DNA of 64,000 nucleotides from Chloroflexota bacterium (GTDB lineage: Bacteria; Chloroflexota; Limnocylindria; Limnocylindrales; CSP1-4). The translations under genes and the position numbers were made by a program. The DNA is taken from positions 1,192 to 65,191 of the forward strand of contig VBFG01000043.1 in assembly GCA_005882635.1 (NCBI GenBank), in the 5' to 3' direction. Positions 32,600 to 41,336 of the stretch are shown here, in pieces. A model generated the notes under the pieces. It was not told the DNA's origin. It did not search any database and worked only from the letters and a program-made list of their open reading frames with translations. How positions within the stretch are numbered: the first letter of the stretch is position 1; each line of letters starts with the position of its first letter.

Positions 32600-32646
32600 G
32601 TGACGGGCCGTTGCCGTCCGGTGACGGGCCGCCGCACTGCTATACT
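32600..32646 (+). promoter_or_regulatory. direct repeats plus an extended -10 element upstream of purA
   Basis: GTGACGGGCCG occurs at 32600-32610 and 32621-32631, a 21-bp phase. It is followed by TGc-TATACT (32638-32646). This implies a purA leader of about 190 nt. Confidence 0.4.
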
Positions 32647-32842
32647 CGCCGCGTCCTCGAACCGTCCGCGGGCCCGCCCGCCCTGACAGGAGACCGGCCG
32701 TTGCTCGAGGAAGGCGCGTGGCTCGTCCCGTGAGGCGTCTACGAGTCTTCGAACCGGAGGCGCTCCGCACGCGGGAGACCTGTATCTCGGTCTCGGAACC
32801 TCGGTTCCGGGGCCGTTTCGATTCTGTCGAGGCTCGCGCCTG

Positions 32843-34156
32843 ATGCCCGCCACGATCGTCGTCGGGCTGCAGTGGGGCGACGAGGGCAAGGGCAAGACCA
32901 CGGACTTCCTCGCCGAGCAGACCGACTTCGTCGTCCGCTACCAGGGCGGCGACAACGCCGGCCACACCGTCATGCTCGGCGACGAGGTGTTCAAGCTGCA
33001 CCTCGTCCCGTCGGGGATCCTCTATCCGCACATCGTCCCGGTCATCGGGCCCGGCGTCGTCGTCAACCCGGCGACCCTGATCGACGAGCTCGACGCCCTG
33101 GCCGCTCGCGGTATCGACACCTCACGCCTCCGCGCCAGCTTCGCCTGCCACCTGATCCTGCCGTACCACCGGGCGCTCGACGTCGCCCGCGAGACACGTC
33201 TGGCCGGGGCGAAGGTCGGGACGACAGGGCGGGGGATCGGGCCGGCCTACGAGGATCGAGCGGCGCGCACCGGCCTCCGGCTCGAGGACCTCCTCGACGC
33301 GCGGATCCTCCGGATGAAGCTCGACCGGGTCCTGCCGGAGAAGAACGCGGTCCTGGCCGCGCTGGGCGCGGAAGCGAGGTTCGAACCTGAGCCACTCGTC
33401 GAGCAGGCGCTGGCCTGGGGCCGCCGGCTCGCTCCGCACCTCGTCGACGTCACCTGGCTCGTCCAGGACGCCCTGGCTCGCGGCGACCACGTCCTGCTCG
33501 AGGGTGCGCAGGGGACGCTCCTGGACCTCGATCACGGGTCGTACCCGTTCGTGACTTCGTCGTCGCCGATCGCCGGCGGCGCCTGCACCGGCGGTGGGAT
33601 CGGCCCGCGCCAGGTCGACGAGGTTTTCGGGGTCATGAAGGCGTATGCGACCCGGGTGGGATCGGGGCCGTTCCCGACGGAGCTCGCCGACGACGTCGGG
33701 CTGGGGATCGCGGAGCGCGGTCGCGAGGTCGGCACGACGACCGGCCGGGCGCGACGGGTCGGCTGGTTCGACGCGGTGTCGGCCCGCTATGCGGTGGCGG
33801 TGAACAGCGTCAGCTCGATCATGCTGAACAAGCTCGACATCCTGTCAGGCGTCGACCCCATCCGGCTGTGCACCGCCTACCAGGTCGACGGCCGGCGGGT
33901 GGACGCCTGGCCCTCGTCGGCCGACCTGCTCGCCCGGGCGACGCCGGTCTACGAGGACTTCGCCGGCTGGTCTGAACCGATCCACGCCGTGCGATCGCTG
34001 GCGGACCTGCCGGATGCCGCTCGCCGCTACGTCACGGCCCTCGAGGAGTATGCCGGCGCGCCGATCGTCCTGGTGTCGGTGGGGCCGGAGCGGACGCAGA
34101 CGATCGAGCGGGCCTGGCGACCTGTCCGCAACCGTGTTCCGACGGTGGCCGGATGA
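32843..34156 (+). CDS. purA: adenylosuccinate synthetase
   Basis: P-loop GLQWGDEGKGKTTD, GGDNAGHTV and TTGRGIGPAYEDR. 437 aa. Confidence 0.95.
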   Translation: MPATIVVGLQWGDEGKGKTTDFLAEQTDFVVRYQGGDNAGHTVMLGDEVFKLHLVPSGILYPHIVPVIGPGVVVNPATLIDELDALAARGIDTSRLRASFACHLILPYHRALDVARETRLAGAKVGTTGRGIGPAYEDRAARTGLRLEDLLDARILRMKLDRVLPEKNAVLAALGAEARFEPEPLVEQALAWGRRLAPHLVDVTWLVQDALARGDHVLLEGAQGTLLDLDHGSYPFVTSSSPIAGGACTGGGIGPRQVDEVFGVMKAYATRVGSGPFPTELADDVGLGIAERGREVGTTTGRARRVGWFDAVSARYAVAVNSVSSIMLNKLDILSGVDPIRLCTAYQVDGRRVDAWPSSADLLARATPVYEDFAGWSEPIHAVRSLADLPDAARRYVTALEEYAGAPIVLVSVGPERTQTIERAWRPVRNRVPTVAG

Positions 34157-34389
34157 CGGCGATGCGGGCGACCGACGGGTGTCCGATCGGGCGCCGGACG
34201 ACCGAACCGACACCGGAGGGCCTCTTCATCCGCCCGTTCGGGCGCCGGACGACCGAACCGACTCCGGAGGGCCTCTTCATCCGCCCGTTCGGGCGCCGGA
34301 CGACCGAACCGACTCCGGAGGGCCTCTTCATCCGGCCGTTCGGGCGCCGGACGACGGGCAACACCGAATTCGGGCGGCTTCCGCGATGA
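34153..34389 (+). CDS. 78-aa repeat micro-protein (3 x GRRTTEPTPEGLFIRPF), hypothetical
   Basis: ATGA overlap with the purA stop and ATGA overlap with the purD start. GC3 of the repeat unit is 15/17 in this frame. Both inter-repeat SNPs are synonymous in this frame only. No recognisable domain. Confidence 0.55.
   Translation: MTAMRATDGCPIGRRTTEPTPEGLFIRPFGRRTTEPTPEGLFIRPFGRRTTEPTPEGLFIRPFGRRTTGNTEFGRLPR
34189..34355. repeat. 51-bp tandem repeat, 3 full copies plus a 14-bp partial copy
   Basis: Units lie at 34189-34239, 34240-34290 and 34291-34341 and differ at two positions only (aca/act, cgc/cgg). The unit length is a multiple of 3. Confidence 0.95.
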
Positions 34390-35693
34390 CCCGATCGACC
34401 CAACCCACGCGGATCCTGGTCGTCGGCGGTGGTGGCCGGGAGCACGCGCTGGCGTGGAAGCTGGCCGCCGAGCCCGGCGTGAACGAGGTGGTCGTGGCGC
34501 CCGGATCGGACGCGATCGCCCGCGAGCCGCGCGTTCGACGCGTCGCCCTCGATCCGCTCGACGCAGGGGCGGTCGTGGCCGTCGCGCGGGAGCGCGCGGT
34601 CGAGCTGGCCGTGATCGGACCGGAGGCCCCCCTCGCCGCCGGCCTGGCGGATGCCTTGCGCGCGGCCGGCGTCCCGACTGTCGGACCGAGCGCCGCCGCC
34701 GCCAGGATCGAGAGCTCGAAGGCCTTCTGCCGCGAGGTCGCCGAGGCGGCCGGCGTCCCGATGGCGGCCGGCCGCGCGTTCGCGGCCGCCGATCGCGACA
34801 GGGCTCGCGCCTACGCGACGGATCTGGCCAAGCGGGGCGGCGTCGTCGTCAAGGCCGACGGGCTGGCCGGCGGCAAGGGCGTGACCGTCTGCGACACCGT
34901 CGAGGAGGCAGAAGTCGCGCTCGCCGCCGTCGACGGACCGCTCGTCATCGAGGAGCGGCTCACCGGTCGCGAGGCCAGCCTCATCGCCATCTGCGACGGT
35001 GGCGAGGGCGTGATCGCCCTCCCGCCGGCCCGGGACCACAAGCGGCTCCTGGACGGTGATCGGGGCCCGAACACGGGCGGCATGGGCGCTTACGCCCCGC
35101 TCCCCGATGTCGCCGATGCCGACCTCGGCGCGTTGCTGGATGCGTTCCATCGCCCGCTCCTCCGAGAGCTGAGGCGGCGCGGAGCGCCGTTCCGCGGCCT
35201 CCTCTACGCCGGCCTGATGCTGACGGCGGACGGTCCGCGACTCCTCGAGTGCAATGCCCGCCTCGGCGATCCCGAGGCCCAGGTCGTCCTGCCCCAGGTC
35301 TCGGTCCCGCTGGGACCTGTCCTCGTCGCGGCGGCGTCGGGGTCGCTCGGGACGAGCGCCGCCGACCGGCTGCCGACCCTGCCGGGTGCCACCGTCGGGA
35401 TCGTCCTCGCGAGCGCCTCGTACCCGGCTGCCGCGACCGCGCCCCAGCCGATCGACGGGATCGACGAAGCGGTCGCCCGCGGCGCCATCGTCTTCCACGC
35501 CGCGACCCGCGCGGTTGAAGGCCGGTGGCAGACCGCCGGCGGGCGCGTCCTGACCGTGGTCGCCCGGGGCGCGGATCTCGCCCAGGCCGCCGAGGCCGCC
35601 GATCGGGCCGCCGACGCGATCTCGTGGCCCGGCCTGCAGCGGCGCCACGACATCGGCCGCCTGGCGGCGGTCGGGGCGGGAGCATCGGCGTGA
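34386..35693 (+). CDS. purD: phosphoribosylamine-glycine ligase
   Basis: MTRSTQPTRILVVGGGGREHALAWKLA is a PurD N-terminus, followed by an ATP-grasp body. The longer in-frame track ORF starting at 34014 was rejected. Confidence 0.92.
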   Translation: MTRSTQPTRILVVGGGGREHALAWKLAAEPGVNEVVVAPGSDAIAREPRVRRVALDPLDAGAVVAVARERAVELAVIGPEAPLAAGLADALRAAGVPTVGPSAAAARIESSKAFCREVAEAAGVPMAAGRAFAAADRDRARAYATDLAKRGGVVVKADGLAGGKGVTVCDTVEEAEVALAAVDGPLVIEERLTGREASLIAICDGGEGVIALPPARDHKRLLDGDRGPNTGGMGAYAPLPDVADADLGALLDAFHRPLLRELRRRGAPFRGLLYAGLMLTADGPRLLECNARLGDPEAQVVLPQVSVPLGPVLVAAASGSLGTSAADRLPTLPGATVGIVLASASYPAAATAPQPIDGIDEAVARGAIVFHAATRAVEGRWQTAGGRVLTVVARGADLAQAAEAADRAADAISWPGLQRRHDIGRLAAVGAGASA

Positions 35694-37012
35694 TCCGCCG
35701 CTACACGCTTCCCGAGATGGGCGCGATCTGGACCGAGGAGGCCCGGTTCGAGGCCATGCTCCGCGTCGAGCTCGCCGTGAGTCGCGCCCAGGCGGCCCGG
35801 GGCACCGTGCCGGCGGACGCCCTCGCCGCGCTGGAGGCACGGGCCGCCGTGAACACCGAACGGATCGCCGAGATCGAGAAGACGACCGATCACGACGTCA
35901 TCGCCTTCGTCAGCCAGGTCGCCGAGACCGTTGGCCCCGAGGGACGCTATCTCCATCTCGGCCTGACGAGCAGCGACGTCGTCGATACGGCCCTCGCGCT
36001 CCAGCTCCGCGACGCCGGCGAGCTCCTGATCCGGGCGACGGACGGACTCCTGGCGGCCCTGATCGCGCGGGCCCGGAGCGAGGCCGACACGCTGATGATG
36101 GGCCGGACCCACAGCGTCCACGCCGAGCCGATCACGTTGGGGCTGAAGCTCGCGGGCTGGGCGTTCGAGGTCGAGCGAGGCCGCCGCCGCCTCACGGACG
36201 CCGTCGACGAGATCGCCACCGGCAAGATCTCGGGGCCGGTCGGGACGTACAGCCATCTCGGCCCGGACGTCGAGGCGGAGGTTCTCGCCGAGCTCGGACT
36301 CCACGCCGACCCGGCCAGCACGCAGATCGTCCAACGCGACCGCCACGCCGCGCTCCTCACTGCGATCGCGATCGTCGGCGGCTCGATCGAGCGCTTCGCG
36401 ACCGAGATCCGGAACCTCCAGCACACCGAGATCGGCGAGGTCATGGAGCCGTTCAAGGCGGGCCAGAAGGGCTCCAGCGCGATGCCCCACAAGCGCAACC
36501 CGATCGTCGCGGAGCGGATCGCCGGCCTGGCCAGACTGCTGCGTGGCTACGCCGCGACCGCCCTCGAGGACCAGCCGCTGTGGCACGAGCGTGACATCAG
36601 CCACAGCAGCGCCGAGCGGGTGATCCTGCCCGACGCGACGATCGTCCTCCACTACATGCTCGTCCGGATGACCGGCCTGATCGAGGGCCTGGTCGTTCGG
36701 CCGGAGCGGATGCGCGAGAACATCGAGCGGGGGCTCGGCCTCCATGCGAGCAGCCGGGTCCTCGGGCTGCTCGTCGAGCGGGGCGGGATGAGCCGCGAGG
36801 CGGCCTACGCGATCGTCCAGCGCGCGGCCCTTCGCGCCGCCGACGAGCGGAAGCCGCTGCGCGATCTCCTCGGTATCGATCCGGAGGTCGCGAAACGCCT
36901 GAGCCTGGCGGACCTCGATGCCAGCTTCGACGATCGCACCTTCCTCCGCCATGTGCCCGCCGTGATCGCCCGTCTCGACAGCCTGGAGGCCCAGCTCGAT
37001 GCCGCTCGCTGA
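35690..37012 (+). CDS. purB: adenylosuccinate lyase
   Basis: GTG 35690 overlaps the pur[21 protein letters not shown]-terminus and signature [11 protein letters not shown]. Confidence 0.93.
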   Translation: MIRRYTLPEMGAIWTEEARFEAMLRVELAVSRAQAARGTVPADALAALEARAAVNTERIAEIEKTTDHDVIAFVSQVAETVGPEGRYLHLGLTSSDVVDTALALQLRDAGELLIRATDGLLAALIARARSEADTLMMGRTHSVHAEPITLGLKLAGWAFEVERGRRRLTDAVDEIATGKISGPVGTYSHLGPDVEAEVLAELGLHADPASTQIVQRDRHAALLTAIAIVGGSIERFATEIRNLQHTEIGEVMEPFKAGQKGSSAMPHKRNPIVAERIAGLARLLRGYAATALEDQPLWHERDISHSSAERVILPDATIVLHYMLVRMTGLIEGLVVRPERMRENIERGLGLHASSRVLGLLVERGGMSREAAYAIVQRAALRAADERKPLRDLLGIDPEVAKRLSLADLDASFDDRTFLRHVPAVIARLDSLEAQLDAAR

Positions 37013-37904
37013 CACGTTCCTGCGGTCCGGCAAGGTCCGCGACCTCTATGCCGTGTCCGACGACCGGCTGCTGCTCGTCGCCTCGGACCGGCTGAGCGCG
37101 TTCGACGTCGTCCTGCCGACCGAGATCCCGGACAAGGGCCGCGTCCTGACGGGCCTGTCCCGGTTCTGGTTCGCCCGGACGGCAGATCTCATGCCGAACC
37201 ACCTCGTCGGCGTGGCCCCGGAGGAGGTCCCCGGCGGCGCGCCCGCCGACGCCGACGACCTGCGCGGCCGGATGATGCTCTGCCGTCGCGTCCAGCCGCT
37301 GCCCATCGAGGTGATCGTGCGGGGCTATCTCGCCGGCTCGGGCTGGAAGGACTACGGCCGGACGGGCGCGGTCTGCGGCATTCCCCTGCCGGCGGGCCTC
37401 CGCGAGAGCGACCGCCTGCCGGAGCCGCTGTTCACCCCTTCGACGAAGGCCGAGCAGGGCCACGACGAGAACATCTCCCTGGACGAAGCGGCCGCCCTCG
37501 TCGGGCGCGAGGTGGCCGAGCGGGTCGCCGCGCTTGCGATCGCCCTCTATCGGCGCGGATCCGAGATCGCCGAGCCGGCTGGGATCATCCTCGCCGACAC
37601 GAAGTTCGAGTTCGGCACGGACCCGGCGACCGGCGAGCTGATCCTGATCGACGAGGTCCTGACCCCCGATTCGTCCCGCTTCTGGGACGCCTCGGACTAC
37701 GAGCCTGGTCGAGCCCAGGCCAGCTTCGACAAGCAGTACGTGCGTGACTGGCTGGAGACCCAGGACTGGGACAAGACGCCGCCGGGTCCTGAGCTGCCGC
37801 CGGATGTGGTCGCCGGCACGCGGTCCCGCTACGTCGAGGCGTTCGAGAGGATCACCGGGTCGAGCTTCCAGCGCTACTTGGATGACGACGTGGTCGGGGA
37901 GTAG
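36999..37904 (+). CDS. purC: phosphoribosylaminoimidazole-succinocarboxamide (SAICAR) synthase
   Basis: GKVRDLY...LLLVASDRLSAFDVVL and LADTKFEFG motifs. 14-nt overlap with purB. Confidence 0.93.
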   Translation: MPLADTFLRSGKVRDLYAVSDDRLLLVASDRLSAFDVVLPTEIPDKGRVLTGLSRFWFARTADLMPNHLVGVAPEEVPGGAPADADDLRGRMMLCRRVQPLPIEVIVRGYLAGSGWKDYGRTGAVCGIPLPAGLRESDRLPEPLFTPSTKAEQGHDENISLDEAAALVGREVAERVAALAIALYRRGSEIAEPAGIILADTKFEFGTDPATGELILIDEVLTPDSSRFWDASDYEPGRAQASFDKQYVRDWLETQDWDKTPPGPELPPDVVAGTRSRYVEAFERITGSSFQRYLDDDVVGE

Positions 37905-37912
37905 GGAGAGCG

Positions 37913-38191
37913 ATGGAGATCCGTTTCGCGGTCAATGTCCGGCCAAAGCCGGGGATCCTCGACCCCCAGGGCCGGGCGGTCGAGGGCAGCCTCGGCCACC
38001 TCGGGATCTCCGGCGTCGGCGAGGTCCGCGTCGGGCGGCGGATCGAGCTGACCGTGACGGCGGACGACGAGGCATCGGCGCGGGCGGTCGTCGACCGGCT
38101 CGCCGCCGAGCTGCTGTCGAACCCGCTCATCGAGGCCTACGACGTCGAGGTCCTCGAAGGCGCGTCATCGCTCATGAGCACGCGCGCGTGA
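37913..38191 (+). CDS. purS: FGAM synthase subunit PurS
   Basis: 92 aa. VRPKPGILDPQGRAVEGSLGHLG is typical of PurS. Confidence 0.9.
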   Translation: MEIRFAVNVRPKPGILDPQGRAVEGSLGHLGISGVGEVRVGRRIELTVTADDEASARAVVDRLAAELLSNPLIEAYDVEVLEGASSLMSTRA

Positions 38192-38940
38192 GCGTCCGCA
38201 TCGGCGTCGTGATCTTCCCCGGCTCGAACCGGGACGTCGACGCCCTCAACGCCCTCGACGTGTCCGGCGCCCAGGCGGTCCCGCTGTGGCACGAGCAGGC
38301 GTCGCTCGACAGCGTGGCGGGTGTGCTGATCCCGGGCGGCTTCGCCTATGGCGACTACCTCCGTGCGGGCGTGATCGCCCGATTCAGCCCGATCATGCGG
38401 GCCGTCGCCGGCTTCGCCGCGGACGGCGGCCTCGTCCTCGGGATCTGCAACGGCTTCCAGGTCCTGACCGAGGCCCACCTCCTGCCCGGTGCGCTCCTCC
38501 GCAACCGCGGGCTCCGGTTCGTATCGCGCGAGGTGGCGATCGCCGCCGAGCGAACCGACACGGCGTTCAGCCACCGGCTGGGCGAGCGGCGCCCGCTGCG
38601 CATGCCGGTCGCCCACGGCGAGGGCTGCTTCTTCGCCGACGAGGCGACGCTCGACCAGCTCGAGGCGGACGGCCAGGTCCTCTTCCGCTACGTCGACCCG
38701 GCGACCGGGGCGACGGCGGGCGGCGAGGGGGACGCTGCCAATCCGAACGGCTCGCTCCGCGGAATCGCCGGGGTCATCAACCGGGACGGCAACGTCGCGG
38801 GGTTGATGCCGCACCCGGAGACGGCCGTCGAGACGATCCTCGGCTCCGCCGACGGGCTCGGGATCATCTCGTCGTTCGTGACATCGGCCGCCGAGCGTGA
38901 ACAGGCAGCCGGCGCGGCTCTCGTGTCGGCGGCCCGATGA
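38188..38940 (+). CDS. purQ: FGAM synthase glutaminase subunit PurQ
   Basis: GTG 38188 overlaps the purS TGA. Catalytic contexts LGICNGFQ and GLMPHPE. Confidence 0.92.
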   Translation: MSVRIGVVIFPGSNRDVDALNALDVSGAQAVPLWHEQASLDSVAGVLIPGGFAYGDYLRAGVIARFSPIMRAVAGFAADGGLVLGICNGFQVLTEAHLLPGALLRNRGLRFVSREVAIAAERTDTAFSHRLGERRPLRMPVAHGEGCFFADEATLDQLEADGQVLFRYVDPATGATAGGEGDAANPNGSLRGIAGVINRDGNVAGLMPHPETAVETILGSADGLGIISSFVTSAAEREQAAGAALVSAAR

Positions 38941-41336
38941 CGGTCGTGGCCGAGCGACCCGGCACGTCCCAGCCGACCACCGACGCGCTCCATCGCCGGC
39001 TCGGCCTGACCGACGAAGAGCTCGCGGCCATCCGCGACCGCCTGAGCGGGCGCGACCCGAACGAGCTCGAGCTCGCGATGTTCAGCGTCATGTGGAGCGA
39101 ACACTGCTCGTACAAGAGCTCGCGGCCGCTGCTCCGAACGCTCCCGACGGGGACGGCCGCCGACGGCGTCGTCGCGGGCCCGGGCGAGAACGCCGGCGTG
39201 ATCTCGATCGGCGACGGTCTGGCCGTGGCGTTCAAGATCGAATCGCACAACCACCCAAGTGCGGTCGAGCCGACCCAGGGCGCCGCGACCGGCGTCGGCG
39301 GGATCCTCCGCGACATCTTCACGATGGGCGCGCGGCCGATCGCCGTGCTCGACGCGCTGCGCTTCGGCGACCCGGCGGATCCGCGGACGAGGCACCTCGT
39401 CGACGGGGTCGTCAAGGGGGTCGGCGGCTATGGCAACTGCGTCGGCGTGCCGACGATCGGCGGCGAGCTCGTCTTCGACCCGTCGTACGGCGGCAACCCG
39501 CTCGTGAACGTCATGGCGATCGGCCTGCTCGACGAGCGCGACCTGACGCGGGCCGCCGCGCCGGGGCTGGGCAACCACGTCGTCCTGTTCGGCTCGACGA
39601 CCGGTCGCGACGGGATCGGCGGCGCGAGCGTGCTCGCCAGCGCGACGTTCGCCGACGCGGATGCGTCGAAGAGGCCGTCCGTGCAGGTCGGGGATCCATT
39701 CGCGGAAAAGCTGTTGATCGAGGCGTCGCTCGAGCTCATCCGCAACGGGCTCGTCGTCGGGCTCCAGGACCTGGGCGCCGGCGGGATCACCTGCGCCACG
39801 TCCGAGACGGCCGACCGGGCCGGGACAGGCATGCGCATCGAGCTGGCAGCGATCCCGCGGCGGGAGCCCGGCATGGAGCCTTTCGAGGTGATGATCAGCG
39901 AGTCGCAGGAGCGGATGCTCGCGATCGTCGAGCCGGACCGCTGGGACGCAGTCCGAGCCGTCTGCGAACGATGGGGTCTGCCCGTCGCGCTGATCGGCCG
40001 AGTCACGGCCGACGGCGACCTGACCGTGGTCGGGGACGACGGCGCCGAGCTCGCCCGAATCCCGGCGGCCGCGTTGACGAGCGACGCGATCGTCCACGAG
40101 CGGGTCGCGTCGCCGCCGGTCCGTCGCCGTGCCGCGCCGGCGCCGGGCGCCCCGGCCACGGCATCCGACGGGCTTCCCGAGCGCGGCATGGACCCGGGCG
40201 CCGTGCTCGTCGCCCTCCTCGGGTCGGCCAACCTCGCCAGCCGCCGGGCGGTCTTCGAGCAGTACGACTCGACGGTCCAGGCGAACACCGTCGAGGGGCC
40301 CGGTCACGGCGCGGCCGTGATCCGGATCAAGGGCACGACGAAGGGCCTCGTCGCGGCGACCGACGCGAACCAGTCGGTCGGAGCGCTGGATCCGTGGCTC
40401 GGCGCGGTCCTGAGTGTCGCCGAGGCGACCCGCAACGTGGCCATCACCGGGGCGCGGCCGCTCGGCGTCACGAACTGCCTGAACTACGGCGACCCGACCC
40501 GGCCGGAGGCGTTCTGGCAGCTCGCCGAGGGCGTCCGCGGCGTCGGTGACGCGTGCCGGGCGCTGGGCGTCCCCGTCACCGGCGGGAACGTCTCCCTCTA
40601 CAACGAATCGCCGGGCGGCGCGATCGCCCCCACCGCGGAGATCGGCGTCGTCGGGCTGCTCGACGACGTCGCCGCGCTCGTCCGGCCCGGCTGGCGCGCC
40701 AGCGGCGACCGGATCCTGATCGTCGGCGAGGCCACGCCCGGGCTCGCCGGCAGCGCCTATGCCGATCTCGCTGGTCTCGCCGCCGAGGACGGTCCGCCCT
40801 CGATCGACCTCGAGCAGGAGCGCCGCGTCCAGGCGTTCGTCCGCGCGGCAGCCGGCCGCGGCCTCCTCGCCTCGGCCCAGGACGTCTCGGGCGGTGGGCT
40901 CGCCGTCGCGCTCGCCGAATGCTGCCTCTGGGCCGACGGGACCGGCTCCGCCCCGTCGGGCTCCGCGGGTCTCGGCGCGCTGGTCCGGCTGCCGGTCGCG
41001 AGCTCACCGGCCGTCGACCTGTTCGGTGAGAGCCCGTCGCGCGTGGTCATGTCCGCGGCTCGGCGCCACGTCCCGGCGCTGGTTCTGCTGGCCCGCCAGC
41101 ACGGCCTGCCGATCGAGGACGTCGGGGAGGTCGGCGGGATCGGCACGAGCGTCGTCGACGAGGACGCCGATGCACCGCCGCCGCGCCTCGTCGTCGAGCT
41201 GCATGGCGCCGGTGCCACCGGCGCGGCCGAGGATCGTGGCAGCCGCGTCGCCGACGCCCTGATCGTCGGTCTCGACGAGCTCCGCCACGCCTGGGATGGC
41301 GGGCTCGAGCGGGCGCTCGGCTGGGAGCGACGCTGA
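38937..41336 (+). CDS. purL: FGAM synthase subunit PurL
   Basis: 799 aa. SEHCSYKSS, ESHNHPS and DLGAGGI motifs. ATGA overlap with purQ. Confidence 0.94.
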   Translation: MTVVAERPGTSQPTTDALHRRLGLTDEELAAIRDRLSGRDPNELELAMFSVMWSEHCSYKSSRPLLRTLPTGTAADGVVAGPGENAGVISIGDGLAVAFKIESHNHPSAVEPTQGAATGVGGILRDIFTMGARPIAVLDALRFGDPADPRTRHLVDGVVKGVGGYGNCVGVPTIGGELVFDPSYGGNPLVNVMAIGLLDERDLTRAAAPGLGNHVVLFGSTTGRDGIGGASVLASATFADADASKRPSVQVGDPFAEKLLIEASLELIRNGLVVGLQDLGAGGITCATSETADRAGTGMRIELAAIPRREPGMEPFEVMISESQERMLAIVEPDRWDAVRAVCERWGLPVALIGRVTADGDLTVVGDDGAELARIPAAALTSDAIVHERVASPPVRRRAAPAPGAPATASDGLPERGMDPGAVLVALLGSANLASRRAVFEQYDSTVQANTVEGPGHGAAVIRIKGTTKGLVAATDANQSVGALDPWLGAVLSVAEATRNVAITGARPLGVTNCLNYGDPTRPEAFWQLAEGVRGVGDACRALGVPVTGGNVSLYNESPGGAIAPTAEIGVVGLLDDVAALVRPGWRASGDRILIVGEATPGLAGSAYADLAGLAAEDGPPSIDLEQERRVQAFVRAAAGRGLLASAQDVSGGGLAVALAECCLWADGTGSAPSGSAGLGALVRLPVASSPAVDLFGESPSRVVMSAARRHVPALVLLARQHGLPIEDVGEVGGIGTSVVDEDADAPPPRLVVELHGAGATGAAEDRGSRVADALIVGLDELRHAWDGGLERALGWERR

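Noticed and set aside
32647-32842. tRNA-like, ZTP or purine riboswitch in the purA leader (for example the TTCGAACC segment)
   Set aside because: No cloverleaf can be drawn around the T-loop-like string. ZTP (…CCGCCTGGGC) and purine-aptamer conserved cores are absent.
34189-34355. CRISPR-like or riboswitch-like interpretation of the 51-bp repeats
   Set aside because: The units are directly abutting with no spacers, so it is not a CRISPR array. I found no match to a known riboswitch core. The in-frame, double-ATGA context favours translation.
34014-34385. N-terminal extension of purD that would translate the 51-bp repeats as (V/A)RAPDDRTD(T/S)GGPLHP(P/A)
   Set aside because: It would have to start inside purA in another frame. 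GC3 of the repeat in this frame is only 11/17, and both inter-repeat SNPs are non-synonymous. The canonical PurD N-terminus begins at ATG 34386.
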